Shown here: one piece after another, positions 18,938 to 28,515 of the stretch
Numbering within the stretch: position 1 is the stretch's first letter
Layout: every line of letters starts with the position of its first letter
Source of the DNA: Sumerlaeia bacterium
GTDB lineage: Bacteria; Sumerlaeota; Sumerlaeia; SLMS01; JAHLLQ01
Assembly (NCBI GenBank): GCA_040219255.1
Contig: JAVJSW010000042.1
Location: 128,001-192,000, forward strand
DNA: 64,000 bases
Direction of reading: 5' to 3'
Position numbers and translations under genes: made by a program
Notes under the pieces: model-generated
Told to the model about the DNA's origin: nothing
Seen by the model: the letters and a program-made list of their open reading frames with translations, nothing else
Database searches by the model: none

Positions 18938-20077
18938 TCAGGCCAGGGCGGGGGTTTCTTCGGCTGCCGGGGAGACGAGATCGTAGGTGCTGGTGCGTTC
19001 GACCGGTTCCCGGCCGCAATCGTGGATCAGACGGCGCATGTCGGCCACGCTCAACGCCTGCGGGGTTTCCGCCCCCGCGTCATGATAGATTTCCTCGTGC
19101 GTCACCGTGCCGTCCATATCGTTGGCGCCAAACCACTGAGCCAACTGGGCTTGCTTGATCCCCAGCATGATCCAGTAGGCCTTGATGTGCGGGATGTTGT
19201 CGAGGAGCAGCCGGCTGACTGCGATGTTGCGCAGCTCGTCGAAGCCAGTCGGCCCCGGCAGATGGCTCAGCACCGTGTTGGCGGGATGGAAACTCAACGG
19301 AATGAAGCACTGAAAACCCGGGCCACCGCGCTCCACATCGGCGCCGAACTCGTCCTGGTGGGCCCGCAGACGCAGCAGGTGATCGACTCGGTGGCGCGGT
19401 TCCTCCACGTGCCCGATCAGCATCGTGCAGTTGCTCCGCAACCCCCGCCGGTGCAACGCCCGGTGCGTGTCGAACCATCCCGTGGCATCGCACTTGTGCT
19501 CGCAAAGCTGATCGCGCACTTCGTCGTCGAAAATCTCCGCCCCGCCGCCCGGCATCGAATCCATCCCGGCCTCGTGCAGCCGCTCGATGACCTGATCGAT
19601 GGTCAGCTTGCTCATCTTGGCGATGAAGACCACCTCCACCGGCGTCAGGGTTTTGATGTGGATCTGCGGGAAGGCGGCCTTCAGGGCGCCGATGTAACCG
19701 CAGTAATACTCGATCTTCAGCCGCGGATCGAGCCCCCCGACCAGGTGAATCTCCGTGCAGCCCCGGGGCATCTGGGCCCGGGCGCGTTCCACGATTTGCT
19801 CCGGCGTCAGGATGTAGCTCTTCTCGTCGAAGGCCTTTCGCCCGAACGCGCAGAACCGGCACGACATGAAGCACGTGTTTGTCGGGTTGATGTGCATGTT
19901 GATGTTGTAATAGGTCGTCCGGCCGTGGCGCTTTTCCCGGACCCAGTTGGCCATCGCCCCCAGGCTCGGCAGGTCGTGGCTCGCGTACAACGCCAGCCCG
20001 TCCTCGAACGTCAGACGCTCTCCCGCCAGGACTTTGGCGGCGATGGGCTCGAGCTGGGGATCGGAAACGGGAATCAT
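18938..20077 (-). CDS. mqnE: Aminofutalosine synthase (radical SAM, CofH/MqnC/MqnE family)
   Basis: NPTNTCFMSCRFCAF CxxxCxxC motif, SMPGGGAEIF, NIPHIKAYW and FGANDMDGT..EEIYHDAGA. Confidence 0.85.
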   Translation of the reverse strand: MIPVSDPQLEPIAAKVLAGERLTFEDGLALYASHDLPSLGAMANWVREKRHGRTTYYNINMHINPTNTCFMSCRFCAFGRKAFDEKSYILTPEQIVERARAQMPRGCTEIHLVGGLDPRLKIEYYCGYIGALKAAFPQIHIKTLTPVEVVFIAKMSKLTIDQVIERLHEAGMDSMPGGGAEIFDDEVRDQLCEHKCDATGWFDTHRALHRRGLRSNCTMLIGHVEEPRHRVDHLLRLRAHQDEFGADVERGGPGFQCFIPLSFHPANTVLSHLPGPTGFDELRNIAVSRLLLDNIPHIKAYWIMLGIKQAQLAQWFGANDMDGTVTHEEIYHDAGAETPQALSVADMRRLIHDCGREPVERTSTYDLVSPAAEETPALA

Positions 20078-20144
20078 GGACGGGATGGGTCACTCCGGAA
20101 GTCGGACTTTGTGAAAGTTTTCACGAGCAAGAACAGGACCGGCC

Positions 20145-20801
20145 TTAGCCCGCCGCCATCACCCGCGCCAGCATCGGCTCCACCTCGGCCCGCACCCGCT
20201 CGGTGATCGCGTCCAGCGGAGCCTCGGCGTCGATGTGGCGAAAGTGGGAGCCTTCCAGCCCATCGAAAATCTCGCGCACGCGCACCAGCGACTCGCGCTT
20301 CTCGAACAGATCCTGACCCGATGCATGCCGCGAGCAGACCCTCTCCAGCGCCACATCCACCGGCAGCGTGAACACCAGCACGAGGTCGGGGCGCGGGGCG
20401 ATGGCTTCGTTGGCGCGAAGGATTTCCGCCGGGTCCAGGCCCAGCGCCCCCTGATACGCCATCGATGAAATGTAGTAGCGATCCATCAGGACCACCTCGC
20501 CGCGGGCGAGGGCGGGACCGATGCGCTCGCGCACGTCCCACGCGCGGTCCTCCAGAAACAACTCGAACTCGCGCCGCGGCGTCAGCTCATCCCGCCCCGC
20601 CTTGGCCAGGCGCCGGATCTCCAGGCCGACGGGCCCGGGCGTCGGTTCGTGAAACACGGACACGGGAAAACCTTTGCTCCCCAGCCACTCCGCCAGCAGT
20701 TTGGCCTGGGTCGATTTTCCGGCGCCGTCGATACCCTCGAACGCCACCAGCAACCCCCGGCGTTCTGAGGCGTGATGGGCTGCGGAAGCGTCGATGTCCA
20801 T
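20145..20801 (-). CDS. tmk: Thymidylate kinase
   Basis: FEGIDGAGKSTQ, HEPT and MDRYYISSMAYQG. Confidence 0.93.
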   Translation of the reverse strand: MDIDASAAHHASERRGLLVAFEGIDGAGKSTQAKLLAEWLGSKGFPVSVFHEPTPGPVGLEIRRLAKAGRDELTPRREFELFLEDRAWDVRERIGPALARGEVVLMDRYYISSMAYQGALGLDPAEILRANEAIAPRPDLVLVFTLPVDVALERVCSRHASGQDLFEKRESLVRVREIFDGLEGSHFRHIDAEAPLDAITERVRAEVEPMLARVMAAG

Positions 20802-21080
20802 GAATTCTCCGGCCGGGGGCGAAAGTCCGAAGGACTGTGCGCGGCGGGCCTTGGGCACGTCAAGCGGACAGCACGCCCCGTTCCGGGGGCAAAACCACAG
20901 CGTGTCACAGAGGGCAGAGGTTTCACAGAGTTTTCAAAGAAGAAGCTCCCATGAGTCGAACACGCAGACCAGTTAATTCAATATTCATGAAAATGTATCG
21001 CAGGTGAGGAAAACGATCTTGAATTTCCAACGCATCTCACTTAAATCGACATTCTACTCCGGGGATACACCCTCGCCCCC

Positions 21081-21112
21081 CTTTGCACCTTTGAATCTTT
21101 GCTTCTTTGCGT
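21081..21112. repeat. Four degenerate 8-bp tandem units CTTTGnnn
   Basis: ctttgcac ctttgaat ctttgctt ctttgcgt. Confidence 0.6.
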
Positions 21113-21161
21113 TAGAATCCTGCCACCCCCAACGCCAATGCCTCCCGGCCAGCGCCCCGCG

Positions 21162-22067
21162 ATGAAAGTCACCCTGATTCTCAACGGCAACAGCCTGCGC
21201 GGCAAGAGCGACGGCCTACCCCAGACCTTGCGGTCCATCTGCGAGAACCGCGGTCATCGTGTGCGCCTCGGCGTGTCCCGGTCTCTCCCCCATTTTCGCG
21301 AAATGATGCGCCGCGCCATCGCCGGCCGGCCGGACGTGATCCTGGTCGGCGGCGGCGATGGCACCTTCCATCATGCTATCAACGTCCCCGGCGCCGAGAC
21401 GGTGCCCATGGCCCCCCTGCCTATCGGCACTATCAACGCCTTTCAGCGCGCCGCCGGGCTGACCGCGCTCAAGCCCCCCGACGCCTTGCGGGCGTTGCTC
21501 GGGGGCGCCATCGTCGAGGGCTGGTGCGGAATCCTGGCGGACAAGCGCTTCGCCTGCTTTGCCAGCCTCGGCTTCGACGCCCGCGCGATTCATCGCAACC
21601 CGTTGTGGCTCAAGGACATGATGCGCGCCGGCAGCTTCCTCGTCACCGGCACCCGCCTTCTCGCCAGCAGCGTCCGCGACTCCTGCCCGGGCACACTCTC
21701 CTTCGACCGGCGCGACCTGCGATTCCCGGCGGCGTCGGTGCTGATTTCAAAGATTCAGAACTACGCCGGGTTCTCCTGCTTCGGCGCCAGCTTCGAAAAG
21801 CCCCGCCTGGAAGCCGTCTTCACCGCCACCGACTCCGCGAAAACCTTAATGCAGATGGCGTCCTACCTGGGGGCTCGTGGTCCCGTGTATGGCGACCCAG
21901 TGCCCAACGGCTTGGTCCACGTCCGCCGGTTCCGCGAAGCCCGCTGGCGATCGCCCTGCCCGACCCTGGTACAGCTTGACGGCGAGGCCATCCTTTTCGA
22001 AGACACCTGCCGCCTGAAAATCGGCCTCGACCCCAGGCGCCAGCGCTACCTTGTCCCCGCCGATTGA
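21162..22067 (+). CDS. Diacylglycerol/lipid kinase family (YegS/BmrU-like)
   Basis: GGGDGT, PIGTIN, GFDA and QLDGE motifs. Confidence 0.85.
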   Translation: MKVTLILNGNSLRGKSDGLPQTLRSICENRGHRVRLGVSRSLPHFREMMRRAIAGRPDVILVGGGDGTFHHAINVPGAETVPMAPLPIGTINAFQRAAGLTALKPPDALRALLGGAIVEGWCGILADKRFACFASLGFDARAIHRNPLWLKDMMRAGSFLVTGTRLLASSVRDSCPGTLSFDRRDLRFPAASVLISKIQNYAGFSCFGASFEKPRLEAVFTATDSAKTLMQMASYLGARGPVYGDPVPNGLVHVRRFREARWRSPCPTLVQLDGEAILFEDTCRLKIGLDPRRQRYLVPAD

Positions 22068-22092
22068 TCCCGGCCCGAAGCAGCCCCCGCCT

Positions 22093-22623
22093 ATGCCCCT
22101 CCGCACCTTTGGCCCCGAAGACCTCGACGCCCCGCAGACCGAAGCGGAGCGCCAGGAAATGGTCGCGATCGAGCGCCTCACGACCAACGCCCAGCTCCTC
22201 AAGACTTTCGATATCCTCGACAAACAATTGAACGCGCTGCACCTGCGCGGCACGGCTGTCATCACCATCGTCGGCGTCGTGGTCACCGTTACGGGCTTCA
22301 GTGGCCGCATCATCGCCGGCACCAGCACCTTCGCCCAAACCTGTGTCATCGGCGGTCTCGCGCTCTGCATCGCCGCGGCGGCCGTCACCTTTGCCTTCGT
22401 CATGCCCATCCGCTGGATCACGTCCTACCTCCATCTCGGCCAGCACCAATGGCTCCTGACCGCTATCCGCCGCCGTAACCGGAAAACCAGAGCCTTCCGC
22501 TTCGCCGCCTTTCTCCTCATCATCGGCATCGCCCTCTATGGCATCGCCATCGCACAGATGCTTGCCTTTCCCTTTGCCTACGAAAACCTGAACGCCCGCC
22601 TGATTTTGCCCGAGGGGGAGTAA
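22093..22623 (+). CDS. Hypothetical membrane protein (3 TM)
   Basis: Typical GC3 codon usage and hydrophobic segments; start uncertain (TTG at 22051 possible). Confidence 0.6.
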   Translation: MPLRTFGPEDLDAPQTEAERQEMVAIERLTTNAQLLKTFDILDKQLNALHLRGTAVITIVGVVVTVTGFSGRIIAGTSTFAQTCVIGGLALCIAAAAVTFAFVMPIRWITSYLHLGQHQWLLTAIRRRNRKTRAFRFAAFLLIIGIALYGIAIAQMLAFPFAYENLNARLILPEGE

Positions 22624-23036
22624 CCCCTCCCCCCAGGCGCGGAGAGCGCTGAGACAGCCCCGCTTCCCGATGATTCAAGATTAACTTCAGTCCCTCGCCC
22701 GATGTCTCTTTTGTCTTTCTTGCTCCTCAGTCTCCACATGAGGGGACAAACGCCAAGCCCTGTGAGAGGCTCCGCCCACTTCCCCACCAGACGTGGGCCG
22801 CGGGAGTCACCGCCATGCAAACGATCGCTCTTCCCATCCTGCCCAGCCCTCGCCGGAACTCGTCCGATTCTCAGCATTTTCCGCGTCTCGGCGGGGACTT
22901 TCGAGCCTCACCGAACCCCAACAATCGCCCCTTGACCCGAGGGGGCCCTCGGGCGGAGCACTCTCTCCCGAACAGCGAACCTGGGAGGAACCATTCGCCT
23001 TATGAACCCCATGGTCAGAAAGGCGGGCCCGCCACG

Positions 23037-24023
23037 ATGAGCACCGACGCTCCCGCTCCCCCGCCCGAGCCTTCGGCCGCCGCCCTTGCCAGCAAGGACT
23101 TGCTCGGCATCGAACCGCTTTCCGCCGATGAACTGACTCTGATTCTCGACAACGCTGTCGGATTCAAAGAAATCGTCACCCGAACCATCAAGCGCGTCCC
23201 GACCCTTCGCGGCCGCACGGTGGTGAATCTTTTCTTCGAGAACTCGACCCGCACCCGCACCAGCTTCGAACTCGCCGCCCGCCGTCTCTCCGCCGACGTC
23301 ATCAACTTCGACGTGGCGACGTCTTCGGTCAGCAAGGGCGAAGCGCTCCTCGACACCGTCGAGACCATCGAGGCCCTCGGCGCCGACTACATCGTCGTGC
23401 GCCATTCCTCGTCCGGCTCGGCGGAATTCCTGGCCCGTGCGGTCAAGTCGTCTGTCATCAACGCCGGCGATGGCGCTCACGAGCACCCCACCCAGGCGCT
23501 CCTCGACGCCTTCTCGATCCGCGAACGGCTCGGCCGCATCGCGGGTCTGAAGGTCGCCATCGTCGGCGACATCCTGCACAGTCGCGTCGCCCGGTCGAAC
23601 ATCCACGCGCTCAAAAAACTCGGCGCCCGGGTGGCTCTCGTCGGGCCTCCGACCCTGGTGCCGAAGACGTTTCGCACGATGGGTGTCGAAGTTCACCACG
23701 ACCTCCGCGACGGCCTGCGCGGAGCCGATGTGATCTATCTGCTGCGCATTCAGCTCGAACGCCAGCAGAAGAACCTCTTCCCCAGCCTGAACGAGTACAA
23801 AGCCCTCTACGGCATCACACCCGAGCGCGTCGGCTGGGCCGCGCCCGACGCCATCGTCATGCACCCGGGTCCCGTGAACCGCGGCGTGGAAGTCACCACC
23901 AGCGTGATGGAAAGCGACCGCTCGCTGATCCTCGACCAAGTCACCAACGGCGTGGCGGTCCGCATGGCCGTCCTCTACCTGTTGCAAGGAGCGCGCAATC
24001 GTGCAGCGGATTCTCATACATAA
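23037..24023 (+). CDS. pyrB: Aspartate carbamoyltransferase catalytic subunit
   Basis: [23 protein letters not shown] and [11 protein letters not shown]. Confidence 0.96.
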   Translation: MSTDAPAPPPEPSAAALASKDLLGIEPLSADELTLILDNAVGFKEIVTRTIKRVPTLRGRTVVNLFFENSTRTRTSFELAARRLSADVINFDVATSSVSKGEALLDTVETIEALGADYIVVRHSSSGSAEFLARAVKSSVINAGDGAHEHPTQALLDAFSIRERLGRIAGLKVAIVGDILHSRVARSNIHALKKLGARVALVGPPTLVPKTFRTMGVEVHHDLRDGLRGADVIYLLRIQLERQQKNLFPSLNEYKALYGITPERVGWAAPDAIVMHPGPVNRGVEVTTSVMESDRSLILDQVTNGVAVRMAVLYLLQGARNRAADSHT

Positions 24024-25320
24024 CGGCATCGTGGCCGATCCGTCGCAGGGCCTCCACGACCGGCTGGACCTGCTGATCGAGGACGGGCGCATCGCTGAGG
24101 TGGCCAAAGACATCCCCCGCGATCGGGCGGACCGCCTGATCGACGCCCAGGGCTTCACCATTTCCCCGGGCTTCATCGATCTCCACACGCACCTGCGGGA
24201 ACCCGGCGGCGAAGGCTCGGAAACCATCGAAACCGGCAGCCGCGCCGCAGCCGCCGGCGGCTTCACCACGATCTACTGCATGCCGAACACCAACCCGGTC
24301 TGTGACACGCGCACCGGCGTCCAGTTTGTCGTGTCCCGCGCCGAGACCTCTGGCATTATCCGAGTCATCCCGGTGGCTTCCGTCACGCGGGGCCAGAAGG
24401 GCGAGGAGCTGGCCGAGTTCGGCGCCCTCCTGGAAACCGGCGCCGGAGCCTTCAGCGACGACGGCCACCCGGTCATGAACGCCAACATCATGCGTCGGGC
24501 GCTGGCCTGTACGCGGATGCTTGGCGTGCCGATTTTCGACCACGCGGAAGACATGGACCTGACCGGCGCCGGCGTGATGCACGAGGGCCCGGTCAGCCTG
24601 CGCCTGGGCCTGCCGGGAATTCCCCGCATCAGCGAATCGACCATCGTGGCCCGTGACATTGCCCTGGCCGACGAAACCGGCGGCCACATCCACATCTGTC
24701 ACGTCAGCGCCCGCGAAAGCGTGGAAGCGATCCGCGAAGGCAAACGCAACGGCATCCGCGTCACCGCCGAAGTCTCTCCCCATCACCTGACCATGACCGA
24801 CGAAGCCGTGATCGGCTATAACACGCACGCCAAGATGAAGCCTCCGCTGAATGCCGAGGAGGACCGCCAGGCCCTCATCGCCGCCCTGGAAGACGGCACC
24901 ATCGATTGCGTCGCCACCGATCACGCCCCCCACGCGGCCACCACCAAACTCAACGTGTTCGATGGCGCGCCCTATGGCATCATCGGCATGGAGACGGCCT
25001 TTCCCGTGCTCTACACGGATTTCGTGGCGACGGGTCAGTGGTCGCTCGAGTTCCTGATCGAGAAGATGGCTCTGGCCCCCGCCCGCATCATGGAACAACC
25101 CTGGGGCACCCTGCGCCCCGGTTCCCTGGCGGACCTGACGCTGCTCGATCTGAATTGCGAATACACCTTCGAGGAGCGCCATCTGCGGTCCAAGAGCAGC
25201 AATTGCCCCTGGCTCGGCAAGACCATGAAAGCCCGCATCGCCGCGACACTGCTGGGCGGCGAAATCGTCTTCACCAACCCCGATTGCTTCAGCGTCGAGC
25301 GGGAAGGAGCGGCGCTGTGA
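24001..25320 (+). CDS. pyrC: Dihydroorotase (type I)
   Basis: [31 protein letters not shown] and ATDHAPH. Confidence 0.95.
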   Translation: MQRILIHNGIVADPSQGLHDRLDLLIEDGRIAEVAKDIPRDRADRLIDAQGFTISPGFIDLHTHLREPGGEGSETIETGSRAAAAGGFTTIYCMPNTNPVCDTRTGVQFVVSRAETSGIIRVIPVASVTRGQKGEELAEFGALLETGAGAFSDDGHPVMNANIMRRALACTRMLGVPIFDHAEDMDLTGAGVMHEGPVSLRLGLPGIPRISESTIVARDIALADETGGHIHICHVSARESVEAIREGKRNGIRVTAEVSPHHLTMTDEAVIGYNTHAKMKPPLNAEEDRQALIAALEDGTIDCVATDHAPHAATTKLNVFDGAPYGIIGMETAFPVLYTDFVATGQWSLEFLIEKMALAPARIMEQPWGTLRPGSLADLTLLDLNCEYTFEERHLRSKSSNCPWLGKTMKARIAATLLGGEIVFTNPDCFSVEREGAAL

Positions 25321-26117
25321 GTCTCACCACCCCCGCCTCGAAACTCTTTACGGGCGAATTGCCCCTCCTATCCTCCGACAGCTACGGCCCCGTCTCCAGC
25401 GGCGAGGACGTGGCCATTCGGCTCAAGACCTTCCTCCTGCCGGAAGAAGCCCCCGCCCCCCAGCCAGGTCAGTTCTATCTCGTCTCGCCCTTCGGCGAGG
25501 GCTCCGGCGTGACCTTTCCGGCGGTCGTGGTGCATTTCGATGCGCCCAGCCGCCACCTGAAGCTCGCCGCCTATTCCAGTGGCCTTGAGCAGGAAGACCC
25601 CCCGACCGACGCCCTCTTCTTTTCGGAACCCGAAGGATTCGAGCCGGACCCCTGGCTCGCCGGTCCCCTCGGCCACGGCATTGTCCTGCCGCCCGAGCCC
25701 ATGCCGATCGGCCTGCTCGCCTGCGGGCCCCAGGGCGTCGTGCTCGATGGCTTTGCCCGCTCCCTCTCCGAGGACGTGGACCTGACCGCCTGCTGGGTGC
25801 GCGATGCCGGAAGCGACGAGGCCACCCCCCCGCCAGGCCATCCCTTCACCCCCTTCCACAGCACCACGCTGGACGAAGCGCTGGAGGAATTGGAGTGGGC
25901 CGAGTGGATCGCCGTCGCTGGACCCAAGGCCTTCCTGAAGGAGGTGCAGCAGCGCCTCTCCGGAACCGATCAGGTGCTGCGCGCCTACTTCGGTAGCGAC
26001 TTCGGGGGCTGTGGCGTGGGCGCCTGCCTGCTCTGCCCGGTGAAAACCCAGAATGGCTACGCGCGCCAATGCGCCGACGGGCCGGTCTTCGACCTGAGAG
26101 AGTTGGTGTTCGAATGA
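25317..26117 (+). CDS. pyrK: Dihydroorotate dehydrogenase electron-transfer subunit (divergent PyrK-like)
   Basis: PQPGQFY, GPLGHG and the C-terminal 2Fe-2S motif CGVGACLLC..CADGPVF; GTGA/ATGA overlaps with pyrC and pyrD. Confidence 0.75.
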   Translation: MSLTTPASKLFTGELPLLSSDSYGPVSSGEDVAIRLKTFLLPEEAPAPQPGQFYLVSPFGEGSGVTFPAVVVHFDAPSRHLKLAAYSSGLEQEDPPTDALFFSEPEGFEPDPWLAGPLGHGIVLPPEPMPIGLLACGPQGVVLDGFARSLSEDVDLTACWVRDAGSDEATPPPGHPFTPFHSTTLDEALEELEWAEWIAVAGPKAFLKEVQQRLSGTDQVLRAYFGSDFGGCGVGACLLCPVKTQNGYARQCADGPVFDLRELVFE

Positions 26118-27067
26118 GCCAGGACGTGTTGCAACAGACCAGCGTGGACCTCGCCGTCGAGGTGGGGCCGCTGAAGCTGAAGAACCCGGTCATGACGGCG
26201 TCGGGCACCGCCGGCTATGGCACCGAGTACGCCGGGCTCTATGACCCGGGGCTGCTCGGCGCCATCGCCATGAAGGGCCTGACGCGCCACCCGCGCGAAG
26301 GCAATCGCCCCGCGCGCTGGGCGCCGACACCGGGCGGATTGCTGAATTCCGTGGGGTTGCAGAACATTGGCGTCGAGGCCTTTGTGGTGGAAAAGGCCGC
26401 CATCTGTGCCGAACTGGCGGAGAAGGGTTGTCAGCCGATCATCAATCTGGCGTGCGCCACGCAGGAAGATTTCATCGAGTCGGTGGAAATCCTTGAGGAA
26501 GGCTGCCCCGCCGCGGCCGCCTACGAAGTCAACGTCTCTTGTCCCAACGTGAAAAAGGGCGGCTGCGCCATCGGCGCGGACCAGAACGCCCTCGCGTCGG
26601 TCGTGCGGGAGCTGCGGTCCAGGACCACAAAGCCATTGATCGTCAAACTTCTACCCCTCGTCACCGATATCGTGGCGATGGCCAAGGTAGTGCAGAACGA
26701 AGGCGCCGATGGCATCACACTGGTGAACACGATCCCGGCCATGGGCATCGACGCGAAGACGCGCCGGCCCAAGCTGGGCTCCGTCACCGGCGGCCTCTCC
26801 GGCCCGGCCATCAAGCCCCTCGCGCTGCGTTTGGTTTACTTGACTTATCAGGCCACGAAAATGCCGATCATCGGCCTCGGCGGCATCCAAACGGGCGAAG
26901 ACGCCATCGAGTACATGCTGGCCGGGGCCAGCGCCGTCGCCATCGGTTGCGGTCAATTCTCGAACCCACGAGCGCCGCTGATGGTGCTGGAGGAAATGGC
27001 GGCCTATTGCGAGGAGCAAGGCGTCGGCTCGATCCGTGAGCTGACCGGGGGGCTGATCCTGGAATGA
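26114..27067 (+). CDS. pyrD: Dihydroorotate dehydrogenase family 1B catalytic subunit
   Basis: LKNPVMTASGT, LNSVGLQN, NVSCPN, GGLSGPAIKP and IIGLGGI. Confidence 0.95.
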   Translation: MSQDVLQQTSVDLAVEVGPLKLKNPVMTASGTAGYGTEYAGLYDPGLLGAIAMKGLTRHPREGNRPARWAPTPGGLLNSVGLQNIGVEAFVVEKAAICAELAEKGCQPIINLACATQEDFIESVEILEEGCPAAAAYEVNVSCPNVKKGGCAIGADQNALASVVRELRSRTTKPLIVKLLPLVTDIVAMAKVVQNEGADGITLVNTIPAMGIDAKTRRPKLGSVTGGLSGPAIKPLALRLVYLTYQATKMPIIGLGGIQTGEDAIEYMLAGASAVAIGCGQFSNPRAPLMVLEEMAAYCEEQGVGSIRELTGGLILE

Positions 27068-27912
27068 AGCGTCCCTGCGCCGCCACGCGAAAACTGGTCG
27101 AGGCCTGGAAACGCACGGGTTCGCTGCTGTCGGTGGGTCTCGAACCGGCGCCCGAATACCTGCCCGACCGGTTCCCCGCCACCATCGCGGGGCACGAGGA
27201 GTTTCTCCGCCTCCTGATCGAGGCCACCGCCGAGCACGCCGCCGCCTATAAGTTCAACCTCGCCTTCTTCGAGTCTCTCGGGCCGGAAGGCTGGGCGCTG
27301 CTTTTTCGCCTGCGCGAGGCCCTGCCGGACAACGCGCTGATCCTGGCGGATGCGAAGCGGAGCGACATCGGATCGACCGCGAAGCATTATGCCAAGGCGC
27401 TTTACGAGACGCTGGCGGCCGACTCGGCGACGGTCAATCCGCTGCTGGGCCGCGACGCCTGCGAGCCATTTCTGGAGTTCACCGACAAGCTGACGTTTTT
27501 CCTGGTCCTGACCAGCAACCCGGGCGCCGAAGACTTCATTCTGCCGGGCGATTTCTGGCGCCGTGTGGCAGAGAAACTGCCCACCTGGACGGACGCCGAC
27601 AACCTCGGCTACGTCGTCGGCGCAACGCGGGGCGAACTGGTGCGCCAATGCCGGGCGCTCTGCCCCGCCGTGCCGTTCCTGATCCCCGGAGTGGGCAAGC
27701 AGGGCGGCGACGTGGAGCAAACCGCCCGCGACGGCCAGGCCACCCGTCAGGACGGGTTTCCCGGCACCCTGTTCCACGTCACGCGCGGCATCCTGCCGCC
27801 GAAGGACGGGCAGGGCGATCCGCTGAAGGTGATGCGGTCGCGGACCGTCCACTACCACAGCATGATCGCGAAGGCCCTGCCGGCCACCGCGACGGAGCAA
27901 GCGCATGGCTGA
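27064..27912 (+). CDS. pyrF: Orotidine-5'-phosphate decarboxylase
   Basis: YKFNLAFFE, DAKRSDIGST, TSNPGA, VVGAT and LIPGVGKQGG. Confidence 0.93.
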   Translation: MKRPCAATRKLVEAWKRTGSLLSVGLEPAPEYLPDRFPATIAGHEEFLRLLIEATAEHAAAYKFNLAFFESLGPEGWALLFRLREALPDNALILADAKRSDIGSTAKHYAKALYETLAADSATVNPLLGRDACEPFLEFTDKLTFFLVLTSNPGAEDFILPGDFWRRVAEKLPTWTDADNLGYVVGATRGELVRQCRALCPAVPFLIPGVGKQGGDVEQTARDGQATRQDGFPGTLFHVTRGILPPKDGQGDPLKVMRSRTVHYHSMIAKALPATATEQAHG

Positions 27913-28483
27913 CATCCTGGAAGTTCTGAAAGAAACGGGTGCGTTGAAGGAAGGCCACTTCCTGCTGAGCAGCGGCCTCCACAGCGGCAACTACTGCCAG
28001 TGCGCGGCGCTCTTTGAACACCCGGACAAAGCCGAACTAGCGGCGCGCGCGATGGCGGAGAAGCTCGCGGGTTTGCCGAAGCCGGACGTGGTGCTGGCGC
28101 CGGCGCTGGGCGGGGTGCTTTGGGGGTACGAATTGGCGCGGGCGCTGGGCGTGCGGTCGATTTTCGCCGAGCGTCCCGACGGGATTTCCTTCGCCCTGCG
28201 GCGCGGCTTTGTGCTGGAGAAGGGCCAGCGGGTGCTGCTGGCCGAGGACGTTATCACAACCGGCAAATCGGTCAGCGAACTGCTACCGATCATCGAGGAC
28301 GCCCAATGCGAAGTCGTGGGCTTCGCGGCCGTGGCGAACCGAAGCGGCGGAAAATTCGCCCCCGGGCATCCGGTTTTCAGTCTGGTCGATTTGAATTTTC
28401 CTACTTACCAGCCGGCGGATTGCCCGCTGTGCCGCGAAGGCAAAGGCCCCGCCATCAAACCCGGCAGCCGCGCGAACGCCTGA
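27905..28483 (+). CDS. pyrE: Orotate phosphoribosyltransferase
   Basis: EGHFLLSSGLHS, PRPP motif VLLAEDVITTGKS and KPGSR. Confidence 0.94.
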   Translation: MADILEVLKETGALKEGHFLLSSGLHSGNYCQCAALFEHPDKAELAARAMAEKLAGLPKPDVVLAPALGGVLWGYELARALGVRSIFAERPDGISFALRRGFVLEKGQRVLLAEDVITTGKSVSELLPIIEDAQCEVVGFAAVANRSGGKFAPGHPVFSLVDLNFPTYQPADCPLCREGKGPAIKPGSRANA

Positions 28484-28515
28484 GAACCCGCGCCTGAGAG
28501 CCGGGTCGCCGGGAC

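Noticed and set aside
20951-21007. 18-codon ORF MSRTRRPVNSIFMKMYRR in the AT-rich patch
   Set aside because: No clear SD, atypical codons, and too short to support.
28477-28500. Direct repeat CGCCTGAGA x2 at the pyrE end
   Set aside because: Only 9 bp, between convergent genes; no associated element.
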